Origin: Buchnera aphidicola (Therioaphis trifolii)
GTDB lineage: Bacteria > Pseudomonadota > Gammaproteobacteria > Enterobacterales > Enterobacteriaceae
NCBI RefSeq assembly: GCF_005080705.1
Contig: NZ_CP032996.1
Span: 90,001 to 122,000 of the forward strand
DNA: 32,000 bases
Direction: 5' to 3'
The translations under genes and the position numbers were made by a program. The notes below the pieces were generated by a model. The model saw only the letters and a program-made list of their open reading frames with translations. It did no database searches and was not told the DNA's origin. Positions 28,195 to 32,000 of the stretch are shown piece after piece (position 1 is the first letter of the stretch; every line of letters begins with the position of its first letter).

Positions 28195-29934
28195 ATGAAT
28201 ACTGTTTTTAGAGAGTTATGTAATCACTTTTCAAGTGAATATTTTACTATACAAAATACATTAATTAATTGTCCAGTAATTTGGGTAGATCGAGTAATAT
28301 TATTAAAAGTTATATCTTTTTTAAAAAAGAGTATTACAAAATATAATATGTTATTTGATTTACATGGTATTGATGAACGATTTAGAAAAAACAAAGATAA
28401 TTTACCTAATTCTGATTTTTCAGTATTTTATCATTTAATTTCTATTACATATAATAAAGATATTTTAATTAAAGTTCCATTATTAAAAAATAATTTAAAT
28501 GTAGAAACTATAACAAATATTTTTCCAAATGCAAATTGGTATGAAAGAGAAACATGGGAAATGTTTGGAATAGTTTTTAATAAACATCCTAATTTAACTC
28601 GAATTATTATGCCAAAAACATGGTCTGGTCATCCTTTAAGAAAAGATTATCCAGCTAGAGCAACTGAATTTGAACCTTTTTTTTTAAATAAAATAAAAGA
28701 AGATCTTTATATGGAATCTTTATCTTTTAATCCAGAGCAATGGGGTATGTCAACTAGTAGAAAAGATACAGATTTTATGTTTTTAAATCTTGGTCCTAAT
28801 CATCCTTCTGCACATGGTGCTTTTCGAATGATTTTACAATTAGATGGTGAAGAAATTATAGATTGTGTTCCAGATATTGGATATCATCATCGAGGTGCAG
28901 AAAAAATGGCAGAAAGACAATCATGGCACAGTTATATTCCATATACAGATCGTATTGAATATTTAGGTGGTTGTGTTAATGAAATGCCTTATATATTAGC
29001 AGTAGAAAAATTAGCTAATATTGTTGTACCTGATCGAGTTCAAGTAATTCGTGTAATGTTATCTGAACTTTTTAGAATTAATAGTCATTTATTATATATT
29101 TCAACATTTATTCAAGATGTAGGTGCTATGACTCCAGTTTTTTTAGCATTTACAGATCGACAGAAAATATATGATATAATTGAATCAATTACTGGGGCTA
29201 GAATGCATCCAGCTTGGTTTAGAATTGGTGGATTAGCTAATGATTTACCTAATGGTTGGGATAAATTATTATTAAATTTTTTAAATTGGATGCCAAAAAG
29301 ATTAAATGAATATATTAATGTTGCTTTAAAAAATAGTATTTTAATTAAAAGATCTAAAGGTATTGCTTGTTATAATCAAGAAGATGCATTAAATTGGGGT
29401 ATTACTGGTGCTGGATTACGTGCAACAGGAATTGATTTTGATGTTAGAAAACAAAGACCGTATTCAGGTTATGAAAATTTTGATTTTTTAATTCCTATTG
29501 GTAGCGGTATTAGTGATTGTTATACTCGAGTATGTTTAAAAGTAGAAGAAATAAAACAAAGTTTGATCATTTTAAAACAGTGTTTAAATAATATGCCTGA
29601 AGGACCTTTTAAATCTGATCATCCATTAACTACACCTCCTAATAAAAAATTAACATTGAAAGATATTGAAACTATGATTACTCATTTTTTAAATGTTTCT
29701 TGGGGTCCAGTAATTCCTGCTAATGAAAGTTTTCAAATGATTGAAGCAACTAAAGGTATTAACAGTTATTATTTAATTAGTGATGGAAATACAATGAGTT
29801 ATCGTACTAGAATTCGTACTCCAAGTTTTCCTCATTTACAGCAAATACCATATGTAATTCGTGGTAGTTTAATATCAGATTTAATTGTATATTTAGGTAG
29901 TATTGATTTTGTTATGTCTGATGTAGATCGATAA
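28195..29934 (+). CDS. nuoC: NADH-quinone oxidoreductase subunit C/D (fused NuoCD)
   Basis: About 579 aa in a single ORF covering both the NuoC-like part ([40 protein letters not shown]) and the NuoD-like part ([40 protein letters not shown] ... [14 protein letters not shown]). This fusion is as in E. coli. The start is ambiguous (ATG 28195 or TTG 28189). The N-terminus is about 20 residues shorter than in E. coli. Confidence 0.95.
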   Translation: MNTVFRELCNHFSSEYFTIQNTLINCPVIWVDRVILLKVISFLKKSITKYNMLFDLHGIDERFRKNKDNLPNSDFSVFYHLISITYNKDILIKVPLLKNNLNVETITNIFPNANWYERETWEMFGIVFNKHPNLTRIIMPKTWSGHPLRKDYPARATEFEPFFLNKIKEDLYMESLSFNPEQWGMSTSRKDTDFMFLNLGPNHPSAHGAFRMILQLDGEEIIDCVPDIGYHHRGAEKMAERQSWHSYIPYTDRIEYLGGCVNEMPYILAVEKLANIVVPDRVQVIRVMLSELFRINSHLLYISTFIQDVGAMTPVFLAFTDRQKIYDIIESITGARMHPAWFRIGGLANDLPNGWDKLLLNFLNWMPKRLNEYINVALKNSILIKRSKGIACYNQEDALNWGITGAGLRATGIDFDVRKQRPYSGYENFDFLIPIGSGISDCYTRVCLKVEEIKQSLIILKQCLNNMPEGPFKSDHPLTTPPNKKLTLKDIETMITHFLNVSWGPVIPANESFQMIEATKGINSYYLISDGNTMSYRTRIRTPSFPHLQQIPYVIRGSLISDLIVYLGSIDFVMSDVDR

Positions 29935-29966
29935 TCTTTTTTTAAATATTAATATTAACTAATATT

Positions 29967-30446
29967 ATGAATATGATGAAAAATAAATTAAATGATTTAG
30001 AATTAAAAAAAATTGAAGAAGAAAAAAAAAATTATGAAGATAATAAATCTATATCTATTGAAGCATTAAAAATTGTACAAAGTTCAAGAGGTTGGGTTTC
30101 TGATGAATTAATAACAGAAATTTCTAAAATATTAAATATTTCAGAAAGTCAACTTGAAGAAATAGCAACATTTTATAGTCAAATATATCGTAAACCTGTT
30201 GGTTATAATATTATAAAATATTGTGATAGTGTTGTTTGTTATATGATGGGATCTGATAATATAAAATGTAAATTAGAAAATATATTAAAGATTAAAATTG
30301 GACAAACTACTAATGATAATAAATTTACTTTATTACCGATTTCATGTTTAGGAAATTGTGATAAAGCTCCTGTTATAATGATTAATAATAAAACTTATTC
30401 AAATATTAAAATTTCTTATATACCTATTTTATTAGAGAAATATTAA
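29967..30446 (+). CDS. nuoE: NADH-quinone oxidoreductase subunit E
   Basis: 159 aa with [24 protein letters not shown]...I.YCDSVVC and [13 protein letters not shown] (2Fe-2S cysteines). The stop overlaps the nuoF ATG (TAATG). Confidence 0.95.
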   Translation: MNMMKNKLNDLELKKIEEEKKNYEDNKSISIEALKIVQSSRGWVSDELITEISKILNISESQLEEIATFYSQIYRKPVGYNIIKYCDSVVCYMMGSDNIKCKLENILKIKIGQTTNDNKFTLLPISCLGNCDKAPVIMINNKTYSNIKISYIPILLEKY

Positions 30447-31780
30447 TGAATCATATTATTAAGTATCCTGAAACTCATCCATTAACATGGCGTTTAGATA
30501 CAATTAATAAAAATCCAATTTGGATAAATGAATATCATAAAAAAAATGGATATTCTGCATTAAAATTTATGTTAAATAATATGACGCCTAAAGATGTTAT
30601 TAATTTAGTAAAAGATTCTGAATTAAGAGGAAGAGGAGGTGCTGGTTTTTATACTGGTATAAAGTGGAGTTTAATGCCTAAAAAAAATAATATACCAAGA
30701 TATCTTTTATGTAATGCTGATGAAATGGAACCTGGAACTTATAAAGATAGGTTATTATTAGAACAACTTCCACATCAATTACTTGAAGGTATGATTATTT
30801 CTGGTTTTGCTATAGAAGCTACTATGGCATATATTTTTTTAAGAGGAGAATATATAAGTGCTGAAAATAATTTAAAAAAAGCAATTATAGAAGCTGAAAA
30901 TTGTGGATATTTAGGGAGAAATATTTTAGGTAGTGATTTTACTTTTAAAATTGTATTACATACAGGAGCTGGAAGATATATTTGTGGAGAAGAAACAGCA
31001 TTAATTAATTCTTTAGAAGGAAAACGTGCAAATCCAAGAATTAAGCCACCTTTTCCAGCTATTGTTGGATTATGGGGTAAACCAACATGTGTTAATAATG
31101 TTGAAACTTTATCAAATATTCCAGCAATTGTTTTAAATGGATCTAATTGGTATAAAAAAATATCTTTAAGTAAAGATCGAGGAACAAAATTAATGGGATT
31201 TTCTGGACGAGTAAATAATCCTGGTGTTTGGGAAGTTCCTTTTGGAATATCTGCACGAGAATTACTAGAAGATTATGCTAAAGGTATGAAAAAAGGATTT
31301 CGTTTAAAAGCATGGCAACCTGGAGGAGCAGGAACGGATTTTTTAACTGAAAAAAATCTTGATGTAAAAATGGATTTTGATAGTATTTCAAAGGTTGGTA
31401 GTAGATTTGGAACTGGTATTGCAATGGCAGTGGATCATACTGTGAATATAGTATCATTAGTATTAAATCTAGAAAAATTTTTTTCTCGTGAATCTTGTGG
31501 TTTATGTACACCATGTCGTGAAGGATTACCCTGGATTGTTAAAATTTTACAATCTTTTGAAGATGGTTTTGCACAAAATGAAGATATTAATATTTTAGAA
31601 GATTTATGTGTGCAATTAGGTCCAGGAAAAACTGTTTGTGCTCATGCTCCTGGAGCAATGGAACCATTACAAAGTGCAATTAAATTATTTAGATCAGAAT
31701 TTGAACAATGTATTAGAAAAAATTCTTTTAGTAATATTGAAATGATAAATAAAAAAAATATGTTTAAGTTAAATTTATAA
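30446..31780 (+). CDS. nuoF: NADH-quinone oxidoreductase subunit F (FMN and NADH binding)
   Basis: 444 aa with [14 protein letters not shown] (FMN site), [65 protein letters not shown], and the 4Fe-4S motif ESCG.CTPCREG. Confidence 0.97.
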   Translation: MNHIIKYPETHPLTWRLDTINKNPIWINEYHKKNGYSALKFMLNNMTPKDVINLVKDSELRGRGGAGFYTGIKWSLMPKKNNIPRYLLCNADEMEPGTYKDRLLLEQLPHQLLEGMIISGFAIEATMAYIFLRGEYISAENNLKKAIIEAENCGYLGRNILGSDFTFKIVLHTGAGRYICGEETALINSLEGKRANPRIKPPFPAIVGLWGKPTCVNNVETLSNIPAIVLNGSNWYKKISLSKDRGTKLMGFSGRVNNPGVWEVPFGISARELLEDYAKGMKKGFRLKAWQPGGAGTDFLTEKNLDVKMDFDSISKVGSRFGTGIAMAVDHTVNIVSLVLNLEKFFSRESCGLCTPCREGLPWIVKILQSFEDGFAQNEDINILEDLCVQLGPGKTVCAHAPGAMEPLQSAIKLFRSEFEQCIRKNSFSNIEMINKKNMFKLNL

Positions 31781-31849
31781 TCTTAATTTTAATAAATTAA
31801 TTTATATAATTTATTAATATAAATTATATATTATTTTGGAATAAATTAT

Positions 31850-32000
31850 ATGGTGAATATTTATATTAATAAAAAAAAATATAATGTATGTAAATCAGAA
31901 AATTTATTAAAAATATGTTTATCATTAAATATGAATATACCATATTTTTGTTGGCATTCTGATTTAGGAAGTGCTGGAATTTGTAGATTATGTGCTGTTA
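31850..32000 (+). CDS. nuoG: NADH-quinone oxidoreductase subunit G, N-terminal 50 codons (truncated by the window edge)
   Basis: ATG 31850 gives [51 protein letters not shown]. coli NuoG starts [50 protein letters not shown]. It is not in the ORF track because there is no stop in the window. Confidence 0.9.
   Translation, partial: MVNIYINKKKYNVCKSENLLKICLSLNMNIPYFCWHSDLGSAGICRLCAV

Noticed and set aside
31278-31514. 78-aa ORF on the minus strand (ORF track)
   Set aside because: It is antisense within the highly conserved nuoF and has no independent support.
1-32000. Searched for a novel accessory or defence system, mobile element, CRISPR array, tRNA, rRNA or sRNA gene
   Set aside because: Every ORF over 60 codons with support is a conserved housekeeping gene in a known syntenic order. 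Spacers are short (3-317 nt) and A/T-only apart from the hairpins and promoter listed. There are no repeat-spacer arrays, no inverted terminal repeats flanking genes, no integrase or transposase-like ORFs, and no cloverleaf-capable G/C-rich segments. I therefore do not claim a new system in this window.

Overview
This window is an extremely AT-rich (by eye about four-fifths A+T, not computed), tightly packed piece of a reduced gamma-proteobacterial insect-endosymbiont chromosome. The gene order is sufA<-|->aroH-thrS-infC-rpmI-rplT-pheS-pheT|<-glyS-glyQ|->rplY|<-yabI|->rsmA-apaH|<-carB-carA-dapB-lspA-ileS|->rpsT|<-dnaJ-dnaK|->nuoA-B-CD-E-F-G. From memory this matches Buchnera aphidicola, probably a strongly reduced lineage; that assignment is an inference, not a database hit. 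I support 26 complete and 2 edge-truncated CDSs, all housekeeping: aminoacyl-tRNA synthetases, translation factors and ribosomal proteins, chaperones, NADH dehydrogenase I, and amino-acid provisioning enzymes (aroH, carAB, dapB). I found no rRNA, tRNA, CRISPR array, IS or phage remnant, toxin-antitoxin pair or defence island, and no evidence for a novel multi-gene system. The items worth a second look are finer-grained. (1) The ThrRS and PheRS-beta proofreading sites carry substitutions at the experimentally defined catalytic residues, while their synthetic sites and the IleRS editing site are intact; this predicts a selectively error-prone translation apparatus. (2) The few G/C-containing islands in the spacers resolve into a sigma-32-type dnaK promoter and strand-specific RNA hairpins. 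(3) Genes expected from E. coli/Buchnera synteny are cleanly absent (ihfA, apaG, folA, ribF), and ribF is missing right beside the FMN-dependent nuo operon. (4) Many A10-A13 homopolymer tracts sit inside intact essential genes and are prone to slippage. (5) infC starts at AUU, so the ORF track under-calls it; rpsT keeps its UUG start; and all 26 complete CDSs end in TAA.
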